From Thermoanaerobaculia bacterium (lineage in GTDB: Bacteria; Acidobacteriota; Thermoanaerobaculia; Multivoradales; Multivoraceae), in the NCBI GenBank assembly GCA_022822365.1, contig JAJEBV010000050.1:411-64410 (forward strand): DNA of 64,000 bases, read 5' to 3'. Position 1 is the first letter of the stretch. Each line of letters opens with the position of its first letter. Below are positions 45,284 through 54,005 of the stretch, piece by piece. The notes beneath the pieces were generated by a model. That model saw nothing but the letters and a program-made list of their open reading frames with translations. It searched no databases and had not been told where the DNA came from. The translations under genes and the position numbers were made by a program.

Positions 45284-46156
45284 TCAGACTTTCTTGCGCT
45301 GAATCTGCGCGAACAGGCCTTCGGGCCGCAGGATCAGGGCCACGATGAGAATGCCGTAGGCGGCCATCTCCTGGAAGCCGGCGGGCAGGTAGACCCCCGC
45401 GAACTGCTCGGAGACGCCGATGATCCAGCCGCCGAGCAACGCGCCCGGGATCGACCCGAAGCCGCCGATCACCGCGGCCGCGAAGGCCTTGATCCCGATG
45501 AATCCCATCCCGGGCTGGACGAGCGAGACGGGCGCCAGGAGGATCCCGGCCACGGCGGCGACTCCGGCGGAGATCGCCCACACCAGGGAGAAGACCCGCT
45601 TGACCGGGATGCCGACGTAGTAGGCCGCGAGCTGGTTCTGCGACGTGGCCTGCATGCCGATGCCCAGCCGCGTGTGGCGGAAGAAGAGGAACAGCACGAC
45701 GCAGAGGACGAGGGTGCCCAGCAGGATCGCGAGGTTCTCGTAGCTCACGACGACTCCGCCGACCCGCAGCGACTCGCCGGTGTAGGGAGTGGGAAAGCTC
45801 CGCGGGTCGTAGCCCCACACGAGTCCCGCCACGGCGCGGAAGATGAAGCCCAGCCCGATCGTCAGCATCACGATGGCGAACTGCGGTTCACCCAGAACCC
45901 GGCGCAGCACGAAGGCGTCGAGCAGATAGCCGAAGACCGCCAGCGCCAGGACCGACAGGAACAGCCCCAGCACCCAGGGCATACCGACGTCGCCGATCAG
46001 GGTCACCGCCATGAAGGCGCCCAGCATCATCAGATCGCCCTGGGCGAAGTTCACCATCTCGGTCGCCTTGTAGACGAGGACGAAGCCGAGAGCGATCAGG
46101 CCGTAGATGCAGCCGACGGCCAGACCATTGACGAGAACCTGCAGGAGCTGACTCAG
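45284..46156 (-). CDS. livH: branched-chain-amino-acid-type ABC permease (LivH-like)
   Basis: 'LSQLLQVLVNGLAVGCIYGLIALGFVLVYKATEMVNFAQGD' aligns with LivH N-termini. No in-frame ATG or GTG is available. A CTG or other non-canonical start near 46156, overlapping the TauD 3' end, is assumed, so the start is uncertain. Confidence 0.65.
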   Translation of the reverse strand: MSQLLQVLVNGLAVGCIYGLIALGFVLVYKATEMVNFAQGDLMMLGAFMAVTLIGDVGMPWVLGLFLSVLALAVFGYLLDAFVLRRVLGEPQFAIVMLTIGLGFIFRAVAGLVWGYDPRSFPTPYTGESLRVGGVVVSYENLAILLGTLVLCVVLFLFFRHTRLGIGMQATSQNQLAAYYVGIPVKRVFSLVWAISAGVAAVAGILLAPVSLVQPGMGFIGIKAFAAAVIGGFGSIPGALLGGWIIGVSEQFAGVYLPAGFQEMAAYGILIVALILRPEGLFAQIQRKKV

Positions 46157-47010
46157 AGTGTCTCCTGGCCCTCGCGCGCCAGCACCTGGCAACGCTTCAT
46201 CAGCCGCCGCAGGTGGTCGGGGAACGCGTCCCGGCGATGAAGAACGCGACGGTTGTCCCAGATGAGCACGTCGCCGACCGTCCATTTCTGGGTCCAGACG
46301 TTCTCGGGTAGCGCCGCGTAGCTCCAGAGTTCGTCGAGCAGCGCCTCGCTCTCGTCGACTTCCATTCCCATCACGTAAGCCCACTCGCGCCGGCCGAGAT
46401 AGAGGCCCTCGCGGCCGGTCTCCGGGTGACGCAGGATCGCCGGATGGACCGCGCCGGGCGACTCTCTCGGGCTGTCCACTTCCTCGAAGCCGACGCGCAA
46501 CTGGCCGATGCTGGTGTGGGCGGCGTCGTGCTTGATCTCGATCGTCTCCGCCTGCTCGCGGAGCGCCGGCGGCAGGGACGCGAGCGCGGCCTGCTGGCAG
46601 GCGAACTGGGTGTCGCCGCCCTCCTCCGGCACCTCGATGCTGAGCAGGACGCTGGCCGGCGGCGGCGTCTCCTCGTACGTCATGTCCGAGTGCCATCTGG
46701 CCTCCGCGTTGCCGAGACCGCCGATCGGCTTGCCGTTCTTCCTGATGTTCGAGAGCGGCGTGACGTACAGGCTGTCGAACATCTTCCTCAGCTTCTCTTC
46801 CGGCAGCTTGACGGGGATCTTCTCGAGCGGCCCGAAGCGCGCGCTGAAGCGCTCCAGTTGCGGGTCGTCGAGGCTCTGGCCGCGGATGCGCAGGACGCCG
46901 TGGTCGAGCCACGCCTGGTAGATCGTCTCGAACTCCGCGTCGGAGATCGCGGCCAGGTCGACGCCGTCGATGTTGGCGCCGAGGGCGGGGGAGAGCGGCG
47001 TGATGTTCAT
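46153..47010 (-). CDS. TauD/TfdA-family Fe(II)/2-oxoglutarate-dependent dioxygenase
   Basis: 'MNITPLSPALGANIDGVDLAAISDAEFETIYQAWLDHGVLRIRGQ', 'WHSDMTYEETPP' (HxD facial triad), '...HRRDAF'. The 54 N-terminal codons of the track ORF are repeat read-through. Confidence 0.8.
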   Translation of the reverse strand: MNITPLSPALGANIDGVDLAAISDAEFETIYQAWLDHGVLRIRGQSLDDPQLERFSARFGPLEKIPVKLPEEKLRKMFDSLYVTPLSNIRKNGKPIGGLGNAEARWHSDMTYEETPPPASVLLSIEVPEEGGDTQFACQQAALASLPPALREQAETIEIKHDAAHTSIGQLRVGFEEVDSPRESPGAVHPAILRHPETGREGLYLGRREWAYVMGMEVDESEALLDELWSYAALPENVWTQKWTVGDVLIWDNRRVLHRRDAFPDHLRRLMKRCQVLAREGQETL

Positions 47011-47029
47011 GCGGCCGATGCTAGCGCTA

Positions 47030-47372
47030 GCGGGGCGGAGCCGGCCTTCGAAGCGGAGCCGGCCTGGCGGCCGGCGCGAGTAGATGGCGCACCCAACGGA
47101 GCGGAGCCGGCCTGACAGCCGGCGCGTGTTCCTGGCCGCCTGCGGCGGCAGCGGGTCAGAGGACCCGCGCACCCGGAGATAGGGCTGGGTGCGGGCGTGG
47201 TTCTGTTCTGGAACCGTCAGGGCGTCACTTCGAGCGGTGGGCTTGCAGTAGAGATGCTGGCTGCGGGAAGGGCCGTGCTCTGGGTGCGCGGGTCTTCTGA
47301 CCCGCTTCGGGCGCAGTCGCGGAGCGACGAAGCCCGAGACAAACAGCCACCGGCCGCAGGCCGGTGACCTTC
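47030..47372. repeat. composite REP/MITE-like repeat array (degenerate half + F-arm + about 100-bp spacer-2 + R-arm + tail), inverted partner of 50334..50600
   Basis: F-arm 'GGCGGCAGCGGGTCAGAGGACCCGCGCACCCGGAG' at about 47140-47175. R-arm 'CTCTGGGTGCGCGGGTCTTCTGACCCGC' at about 47278-47306. The spacer and tail are near-exact reverse complements of 50393-50550 and 50335-50395. Confidence 0.85.
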
Positions 47373-47388
47373 AAGGGGGCGCCTACCC

Positions 47389-48660
47389 TCAGATGTAGGG
47401 CTCGACGCCGGGCATCAACTGGTCCATGTAGACCCGGGGGACCATGGCGCGGCGGCCGAACATGCCGAGCGCCCGGTGTTCCGAGCCGGCGAGTCGCACG
47501 GCGGCGGCGCCGATCAGCCGTGCCAGCGCCGTCTCGCGCCAGAACCAGTCGCGGAGCTCGAGTGAGGTCGCACGGCCGGGCCGGCCCTGGGCCGCTTCCA
47601 TGTACCAGGTGCGCAGGTCGTCGCAGCCCAGGCGCACCCACTCGGGGAGCGGCAGGTTCGTGGCGACCGAGGGGTCGTTGGCGCCGCCGGCCAGTTCGCC
47701 CAGACCGCGCACGATCTGCTCGTGGCTGAGGCCGCTCGCCGCGGGCGCCGACCGGCCGCGGTGCGCCGCGTAGACCTCCTGCCACGGTGCGAGGCGGCGC
47801 AGTTCCGCGAGGACCTCGCCCACCAGCACCGAATCGTCGGCGGCAGCCCCGGCGAACGAGACCGGGCAGGACCAGCCGCCGGCGTCGTCATCGTGAACAA
47901 CGGGCGCGTCGTCCGGAAAGTCCTCAAGAATGACCGGGCCGTCCCGCCGCTCCAGCAAGCCGAGCGCGGCCCGCAGGACCCGGCGCTGGAAGTCCGGCTC
48001 ATGGGGCGCGCCGAACGGCCGCCCCAGCTCGAACGGCACCCACAGGAACCGGGGCAGTTCCATCCGCTCCGTGTTGATCCGCACCAGGCTGATGCCCGTC
48101 GTCGCGATGCCTTCGTCTTCGAGAAAGTGACTCACCGCGCCCACGGCGCGGGTGCAGTTCGGTCACACGGGACAGAGGCAGACCGCCTCCACCTCGTCCT
48201 CCCTGAGCCGCGCCGCGAGCTCGCGCACCGTGTCTTCGATCGCCTCTGGCGGCCAGCCGGCGCCCATCAGCGAGTAGTGGAAGTCGGCCACCGAGCCGAT
48301 CTCCCCCTCGCTCTCCAGTTCGCGCAGCCGATCCAGCGGGAAGACCACGTTCACGTCCTCGCGGAATCCGGTCCGGTCGAAGTGGACGGACGAGTGCGTC
48401 ATCGTCAGCTCGCGCGTCGAGATCGAGCCGGGAATCACGCGATAGCTCAGGTCGACCGTCGAGAACGCGCGATCGCCCACCCGGTGCAGGCCGGCCGAGG
48501 TCACCAGCGCGACCCGCCGCTCGGAAAGCGGCGGACCCTCGACCCAGGGCTTCGTCGCGAACGGCACGCACTCCTTCGCCACCACGTGGGCGGCTTCGAC
48601 TTCGGCCATGTCGGACAAACGGACCATCGCGTCTCCTCGTGCAGCCAGAGGCTGACACAA
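47389..48660 (-). CDS. GrdB/PrdB-family (glycine/betaine/D-proline reductase component B-like) protein with in-frame TGA, putative selenoprotein
   Basis: Track ORFs 48163..48660 and 47389..48144 are in the same frame (774 nt apart) and separated only by TGA at 48165-48163. The continuous translation is '...EVEAVCLCPV-U-PNCTRAVGAVSHFLEDEGIATTGISLVRINTERM...' with a Cys-rich redox-type motif around the TGA. A GC-rich hairpin 'CACCCGCGCC-GUG-GGCGCGGUG' begins 10 nt 3' of the UGA. Confidence 0.55.
48133..48154 (-). ncRNA. SECIS-like stem-loop immediately downstream of in-frame UGA (cis-acting mRNA element)
   Basis: mRNA 'UGA CCGAACUG CACCCGCGCC GUG GGCGCGGUG' forms a 9-bp stem with one bulge and a G/U-containing apical loop at the spacing typical of bacterial SECIS. 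Confidence 0.45.
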
Positions 48661-48712
48661 TCGAGCCGCCTTGCCACCCAGCGCGGGCGTCGCAGCTGCT
48701 CTATAGGATCAA

Positions 48713-48795
48713 ACTGGGTGCGCCGGCGCCCCCGCCGGCTGTGGCCGCGGGTCTTCTGACCCGCGGAGGACAACGCGCCGCGAAGCGGCGACCAT
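48713..48795. repeat. B-type REP-like element + hairpin ('AAACTGGGTGCGCCGGCGCCCCCGCCGGC...GCCGCGGGTCTTCTGACCCGCGG...')
   Basis: Shared head and TTCT-loop hairpin. Lies upstream of gabD. Confidence 0.7.
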
Positions 48796-48821
48796 TTCGG
48801 CCAACCGACAGGAAGTGACCC

Positions 48822-50324
48822 ATGAGCATCGCCGCCTCCGAACCCACCAGCGTCCCCACGTCCCCTCCCGACCTGGACGACCCCGATCTGCTCCGAGCCC
48901 AGGCCTACATCGACGGCCAGTGGGTCGACGCGGACTCCGGCGAGACCTTCGCCGTCGAGAACCCGGCCACGGGCGAAACCCTGGCCGAGGTCGCCTGCAG
49001 CGGCGCCGCCGAAACGAGGCGCGCCATCGAGGCCGCCGCCAGGGCCTTCGAGCAGTGGCGGCACACGACGGCCAAGGAGCGCGCCGCGTTGCTGCGGCGC
49101 TGGTTCGACCTGATGATGGAGAGCCAGGAAGACCTGGCGCAGATGATGACGGCCGAACAGGGCAAGCCCCTCTTCGAGGCCCGCGGGGAGATCGCCTACG
49201 GCGCCAGCTACGTCGAGTGGTTCGCCGAAGAGGCCAAGCGGGTGTACGGCGACACGATCCCCCAGCCTTCCAACGACAAGCGCGTCGTCTGCATCAAGCA
49301 GCCGGTGGGAGTGGTGGCCTGCATCACGCCCTGGAACTTCCCCAACGCCATGCTCGCGCGCAAGATCGCACCGGCCCTTGCCGCCGGCTGCACGGTGGTC
49401 TGCAAGCCGGCCAACGAGACGCCGCTGTCGGCCAATGCCCTGGCCGAGCTGGCGGAGAGGGCGGGCATCCCGGCTGGCGTGATCAACATCCTCTGCGGCC
49501 AGACCGAGGAGATCGGCAAGGAACTGACGTCCAACCCGACGGTTCGCAAGCTCACCTTCACCGGCTCGACCGCGGTGGGCAAGCTGCTCATGACCCAATG
49601 CGCGGGCACGATGAAGCGGATGTCGATGGAACTGGGCGGCAACGCGCCCTTCATCGTGTTCGACGACGCCGACCTGGATGCGGCGGTGGCCGGCGCGATG
49701 ATCTGCAAGTTCCGCAACGCCGGCCAGACCTGCGTCTGCGCCAACCGCATCCTGGTCCAGGAAGGCGTCTACGACGAGTTCGCCGAGAAGCTCGCTGCGG
49801 CGGTGGCCGGGATCAAGATGGGCGACGGCACCGAGGACGGCGTCACCGTGGGGCCGCTGATCAGCACCGAGGCCGTTGCGAACGTGACGAGTCGCGTCAC
49901 CGACGCGGTCGACCGCGGCGCCACGGTCGAGATCGGCGGCGGCCCGTCCGATCTCGGCGATTGCTTCGTCCAGCCCACGATCCTCACCGGCGTGACGGAC
50001 GACATGCGGGTCTTCCGTGAAGAGATCTTCGGCCCCATCGCGCCGCTCTTGAAGTTCAGCACGGAAGAGGAAGCGATCGCCATGGCCAACGACACCGAGT
50101 TCGGCCTGGCCAGCTACTTCTACGCCCGCGACGTCGGCCGCATCTGGCGCGTCAGCGAGGCGCTGGAGTACGGCATCGTCGGCATCAACGAAGGCATCAT
50201 CTCCAACGAAATGGCCCCCTTCGGCGGCATGAAGGAATCCGGCCACGGTCGCGAAGGGTCGAAGTACGGGCTGGATGACTATCTGGAGATCAAGTACATG
50301 TGTATTGGTGGGATTGAGGCGTAG
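48822..50324 (+). CDS. gabD: NAD(P)+-dependent succinate-semialdehyde dehydrogenase
   Basis: 500 aa with 'ACITPWNFP', 'FTGSTAVGK', 'ELGGNAPFIVF', catalytic 'GQTCVCANR', and 'EGIISNEMAPFGGMKESG'. Closest to the GabD/SSADH subfamily. Confidence 0.85.
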   Translation: MSIAASEPTSVPTSPPDLDDPDLLRAQAYIDGQWVDADSGETFAVENPATGETLAEVACSGAAETRRAIEAAARAFEQWRHTTAKERAALLRRWFDLMMESQEDLAQMMTAEQGKPLFEARGEIAYGASYVEWFAEEAKRVYGDTIPQPSNDKRVVCIKQPVGVVACITPWNFPNAMLARKIAPALAAGCTVVCKPANETPLSANALAELAERAGIPAGVINILCGQTEEIGKELTSNPTVRKLTFTGSTAVGKLLMTQCAGTMKRMSMELGGNAPFIVFDDADLDAAVAGAMICKFRNAGQTCVCANRILVQEGVYDEFAEKLAAAVAGIKMGDGTEDGVTVGPLISTEAVANVTSRVTDAVDRGATVEIGGGPSDLGDCFVQPTILTGVTDDMRVFREEIFGPIAPLLKFSTEEEAIAMANDTEFGLASYFYARDVGRIWRVSEALEYGIVGINEGIISNEMAPFGGMKESGHGREGSKYGLDDYLEIKYMCIGGIEA

Positions 50325-50333
50325 GGGAGGAAG

Positions 50334-50600
50334 GTCACCGGCCTGCGGCCGGTGGCTGTTTGCCTCGGGCTACGTCGCTTCGCGACTTCGCCCGAAGCGG
50401 GTCGGAAGACCCGCGCACCCAGAGCACAGCCTTCCCAAAGCCAGCATCTCTACTGCAAACACACCGCTCGAGGTGACGCCCTGACGGTTCCAGAACAGAA
50501 CCGCGCCCGCACCCACGCCCTATCTCTGGGTGCGCGGGTCTTCTGACCCGCTCGCCGCCGAAGGCGGCCAGAGAACACGCCGGCCGAAGGCCGACCCTCA
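50334..50600. repeat. composite REP/MITE-like repeat array, inverted copy of 47030..47372
   Basis: '...CGAAGCGGGTCGGAAGACCCGCGCACCCAGAGC...spacer...CTCTGGGTGCGCGGGTCTTCTGACCCGCTCGCCGCCGAAGGCGGCC...'. Begins 10 nt after the gabD stop and runs to the PrpD-family gene stop. Confidence 0.85.
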
Positions 50601-51956
50601 AGCCGCCTCGCGCGAACCGGCGATGAAGCCGGCGAGGTCGCGCACATCCCCCACCGACTCCAGCCGCAGCGAAACCTCCCGCAGCCGATCACTCGCCTCC
50701 GCGCCAAGCAATGGCGCCGTCAGCCCGGTCATCTTCGCCGCCAGCTTCGCCCCCTGCGCTTCCAGGTCCGTCGCCGGAATCCCCGTGTCATAGAACTCCT
50801 CAAGTGAATGTCCATTCGCCCGCAGCTCCACCCGCGCCTGCGTGTGCCCAAGCCCGCGATCCGTCCGCACCTCGATCCTGTCGATCATCCGCGCGACATC
50901 CGGGTTGTCGAGCGTCTCGTCAACGAAGGTCCTGGTATCCGTCGTGTCGATCCCCAGCATCGCCAGCGACGTCGTCGCAACCAGGCTGAACTTCGCCTCC
51001 AGCCCCGTCTTGGGCTCCGGAATGCCGCAGACATCCAGCAAGCCCGGATGCACCGTCACGATCGTCTTCTCGACGTCCCCCGCCGCGACGCCCGCGGCCG
51101 CCAACCGCGGCCGCAGACGCCCCACCGACTCGATCGCCGCATGCGTCAGGTAGCAGGCCGCGTGGTACTTGAACAGCGTGTCTTCGATAAGGAAGCGCCC
51201 GTCCTGCTCCTCCAGCCGCTCCCAGTTGACCTCCTCGTGGCCTGAAGCCGCCGCGTCGGCGTAGCCCTGCCGCCCGTCGACGGCCTCGGGGTTCGAGGTG
51301 AAGCCCCGCATCGCCAGCCGCGCCGACAGCAGACCGCGCTCGGCGGCGTGACCGGCATGGAACGGCTTTGTCATCGTGCCGAAGTTCGCCTTGAGACCGC
51401 TCGCCTGCGACGCCGCGAGCCCAAGCGCGTGCGCGAACTGCTCGTTGCTCGCTCCCATCAGATGGCATGCCGCGGCCGCGGCGCCGTGGACGCCGATCGT
51501 CGACGTCGAGTGCCAGCCCTTCTTGTAAGCCGACGGCCCGACCAGCGCACCGACCCGCGACTCCACCTCGATGCCGACGATGAACGCGACCAGCAACCGT
51601 TCGCCGCTCGCGCCCATCTCCTGAGCCTGCGCCAGCGCAGCCGGGAACACCGGCACCGTGGGATGGCCGCCCATCATGCTGTGCGTGTCGTCGAAGTCGA
51701 GCGCGTGGCCCGCCGCGCCGTTGACGAGCGCGGCGACGCCGGGTGCGCAGTGCAGATCCGTACCCACGATGGAGCACGGTCCGGCCTGGCCGCCCAGCTC
51801 ATCGCGCAGGATCTCCGAAAGCGGCTCGCGGCTACCGACCAGCGCGCAGCCGAACCAGTCGAGCACGCACTGGCCGGCCACGGTACGGGCCGACTCGGGA
51901 ATGTCGTCGAGCGTCAGGCGACCGAAACGGTCCCAGAGATGGTTGGCGAGTCTCAT
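50598..51956 (-). CDS. MmgE/PrpD-family protein (2-methylcitrate dehydratase / cis-aconitate decarboxylase family)
   Basis: 452 aa covering both MmgE/PrpD N- and C-domains ('GSREP', 'HALDFDDTH', 'GAAAAA..LMG'). Confidence 0.8.
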   Translation of the reverse strand: MRLANHLWDRFGRLTLDDIPESARTVAGQCVLDWFGCALVGSREPLSEILRDELGGQAGPCSIVGTDLHCAPGVAALVNGAAGHALDFDDTHSMMGGHPTVPVFPAALAQAQEMGASGERLLVAFIVGIEVESRVGALVGPSAYKKGWHSTSTIGVHGAAAAACHLMGASNEQFAHALGLAASQASGLKANFGTMTKPFHAGHAAERGLLSARLAMRGFTSNPEAVDGRQGYADAAASGHEEVNWERLEEQDGRFLIEDTLFKYHAACYLTHAAIESVGRLRPRLAAAGVAAGDVEKTIVTVHPGLLDVCGIPEPKTGLEAKFSLVATTSLAMLGIDTTDTRTFVDETLDNPDVARMIDRIEVRTDRGLGHTQARVELRANGHSLEEFYDTGIPATDLEAQGAKLAAKMTGLTAPLLGAEASDRLREVSLRLESVGDVRDLAGFIAGSREAA

Positions 51957-51974
51957 GGCAAGTCCTCTCTCACA

Positions 51975-52135
51975 GTCCGACTGTCGGTGCGCCGGCCTTC
52001 TGGCCGGCTGCCGCCGATGGCGGCCAGGTCTGAGCGCCGGCCGGAGGCCGGCACCGCTCCGACGGGTTCGGGCTCGTCGCTCCGCGACATCGCGCTCGAT
52101 GCCGGCCAGAAGGCCGGCGCACCGACAGTCGGCTC
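51975..52135. repeat. B-type palindromic element: 30-bp inverted termini 'GACTGTCGGTGCGCCGGCCTTCTGGCCGGC' ... 'GCCGGCCAGAAGGCCGGCGCACCGACAGTC' with about 100-bp spacer
   Basis: Perfect 30-bp terminal inverted repeats, each a GCCGGCC-TTCT-GGCCGGC hairpin plus a GGTGCGC head. Lies between the PrpD-family start and the ACAD stop. Confidence 0.85.
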
Positions 52136-52160
52136 CGCGAAGGTCCCGAAACGCAAGCGG

Positions 52161-53354
52161 CTAGCTCCTCCTCGACGGCTTCCCCAGCAACGCGTCCGAC
52201 ACGATCTTCAGCATGATCTCCGACGTCCCCTCGAAGATCTTCGTCAGCCGCGCGTCGCGCCAGTAGCGCTCCACCGGGTAGTCCGTCGTGTAGCCCGCGC
52301 CGGCGAGCACCTGCAGCGCGTCCGAGCACACCCGCTCCGACATCTCGGCGGCGTAGTACTTCACCATCGCCGCTTCCTTGGCGCAGGACACGCCGGTGTC
52401 GATCTTGGCGCACACCGAGTAGTTCAACTGCCGGGCCGCCTCGACCTCGGCCGCCATGTTCGCGATCTTGAAGCGGATCGCCTGGAAGTCGGCGATCGGC
52501 CGCCGGAACTGGATGCGTTCCTTGGAGTACGCGATCGCCTGCTCCAGCGCGCCCTGGGCGAGGCCGATCGACCGTGCCGCCGTGTGGGCCCGGGCCGACT
52601 GCAGGCCGCGCGTCATGCCGTAGAACGCCTGGCCCTTGGACTCTCGCTGCTGCTTCGTGACCGGCACCCGCACGTTCTCGAAGTGGAGCTCCCAGGTCTT
52701 CCAGCCGTGGTAGCCGATCTTCGGGATCGGCGAGCCCGTGACGCCCTCCGGCAGCTCGCCGGGCGGCTTCTCGATCCCGATGCCGGTCAGCGCCGCGTGG
52801 CGCTTCGACGGGTCGCCCTCCGTCCGCGCGATGACCTGGATGAAGTTCGCGCCGTCGGCGAACGTGCACCAGTACTTGTTGCCGGTGATCACCCAGTGGT
52901 CGTCCTCCATCCGCGCCCGGCAGGTGATCGACGAAATGTCCGACCCGACCTCCGGCTCCGACATCGCGAGCGCGCCGAGGTACTTGCCCTCCGCCATCAG
53001 CCGGATCCGCTTCAGGCGCTCCTCGCCTTCGAACGGAATCGAGCGGTAGAACCCGTTGCCGCGGGCAATGATGCTCGCCACGCTCATCCAGCCCCGCGCC
53101 AGCTCCTCGGCGACCAGGCAGTACTCGAAGGCGCCCAGCCCTGCACCGCCGTACTCCTCCGGGATCACGATGCCGAAGAAGCCCAACTCGCCCATCTTGT
53201 CGATCAGCGACTGCGGGATCGTCTCCTTCTTCGGGTCGAGCTCGTTGGCAACCGGGAGGACCTCCTTGTCCGTGAAGTCCCGGGCGATCCGGCGGAGCAT
53301 CTCGCGCTCCGGGGTCATGTAGCCGACGGTCTGGGTGGGTGTGACGTCGTTCAT
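52161..53354 (-). CDS. acyl-CoA dehydrogenase
   Basis: 397 aa with 'YWCTFADGAN'-type and C-terminal 'IFEGTSEI' ACAD signatures. Putative catalytic Glu in 'YPVERYWRDAR'. Confidence 0.85.
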   Translation of the reverse strand: MNDVTPTQTVGYMTPEREMLRRIARDFTDKEVLPVANELDPKKETIPQSLIDKMGELGFFGIVIPEEYGGAGLGAFEYCLVAEELARGWMSVASIIARGNGFYRSIPFEGEERLKRIRLMAEGKYLGALAMSEPEVGSDISSITCRARMEDDHWVITGNKYWCTFADGANFIQVIARTEGDPSKRHAALTGIGIEKPPGELPEGVTGSPIPKIGYHGWKTWELHFENVRVPVTKQQRESKGQAFYGMTRGLQSARAHTAARSIGLAQGALEQAIAYSKERIQFRRPIADFQAIRFKIANMAAEVEAARQLNYSVCAKIDTGVSCAKEAAMVKYYAAEMSERVCSDALQVLAGAGYTTDYPVERYWRDARLTKIFEGTSEIMLKIVSDALLGKPSRRS

Positions 53355-53431
53355 GCGGTGGTCAACTGGTGGCGAGCACTACGGCGACCCCTGCTAGCGT
53401 CGCGAGCCACGGGGCCTAGGGAGTGGAGTCA

Positions 53432-53608
53432 ATGGAAGACCTGAGTGTACGTCGCCTGGAGGTGCGTGAGGAGAGCGAACCTTCCTTCGCCTCCCGGTGG
53501 AGGGGCAAGTTCCGGGAGTCACGCCGGGACGATGTGCGGTACAAGGTGCTCGCCGGCAAGTACCTTGCCGGTGCCACACGCGGGCGCTCGGCAGAGAAGG
53601 CCGAATGA
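53432..53608 (+). CDS. small basic hypothetical protein (58 aa) translationally coupled to HicB-like gene, possible toxin partner
   Basis: SD 'GGAGTGGAG' then ATG 53432. Its stop overlaps the HicB-like start in 'ATGA'. No similarity to HicA recognised. Confidence 0.3.
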   Translation: MEDLSVRRLEVREESEPSFASRWRGKFRESRRDDVRYKVLAGKYLAGATRGRSAEKAE

Positions 53609-53835
53609 AGTACAAGGGCTACATCGCCGCCGTCGACTACGACGACTCGGAAGGTCGTCTACAAGGCTGGACGGCCAACACCAGCCCCTATCCCATCGCG
53701 ACCTTTGAAGCGAACGACGCCGACGCGATGCGAAGCGAGTTCGAGCGTTCCATCGACGAGTACCTGGTGTCGTGCGAGGAGGACGGCGTGGAACCTCGAG
53801 CACCGCTTCCGGCTGTCTCCGTCCTGCGACGCTGA
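53605..53835 (+). CDS. HicB-like (UPF0150 family) antitoxin-type protein
   Basis: 'MKYKGYIAAVDYDDSEGRLQGWTANTSPYPIATFEANDADAMRSEFERSIDEYLVSCEEDGVEP' matches the characteristic HicB_lk_antitox N-terminus (KGY..V.YD.E.G...G). Confidence 0.6.
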   Translation: MKYKGYIAAVDYDDSEGRLQGWTANTSPYPIATFEANDADAMRSEFERSIDEYLVSCEEDGVEPRAPLPAVSVLRR

Positions 53836-54005
53836 TTCATGTGACGGCCGACGCCCAGCACTCTCGCCTCATCGGTCACATCAGACCGAGCGGTTGGAGG
53901 CAGTTCTCACGGATACTGTGGCCTGGATGGGGAGGGTTGATCATCGTTCATGTTTCAGTCTCCATGCGACCCGAGAGGTTCTGTCCCCCTGAGCTGGGGT
54001 CCTTG

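Noticed and set aside
48163-48165. In-frame TGA read as a simple pseudogene-forming nonsense mutation or sequencing error
   Set aside because: Not rejected outright. It is less likely than recoding because both halves stay in one frame with protein-like composition on either side. The TGA sits in a Cys-rich redox-type motif typical of a Sec site, and a SECIS-like hairpin follows at the canonical distance. It remains an alternative that resequencing would settle.
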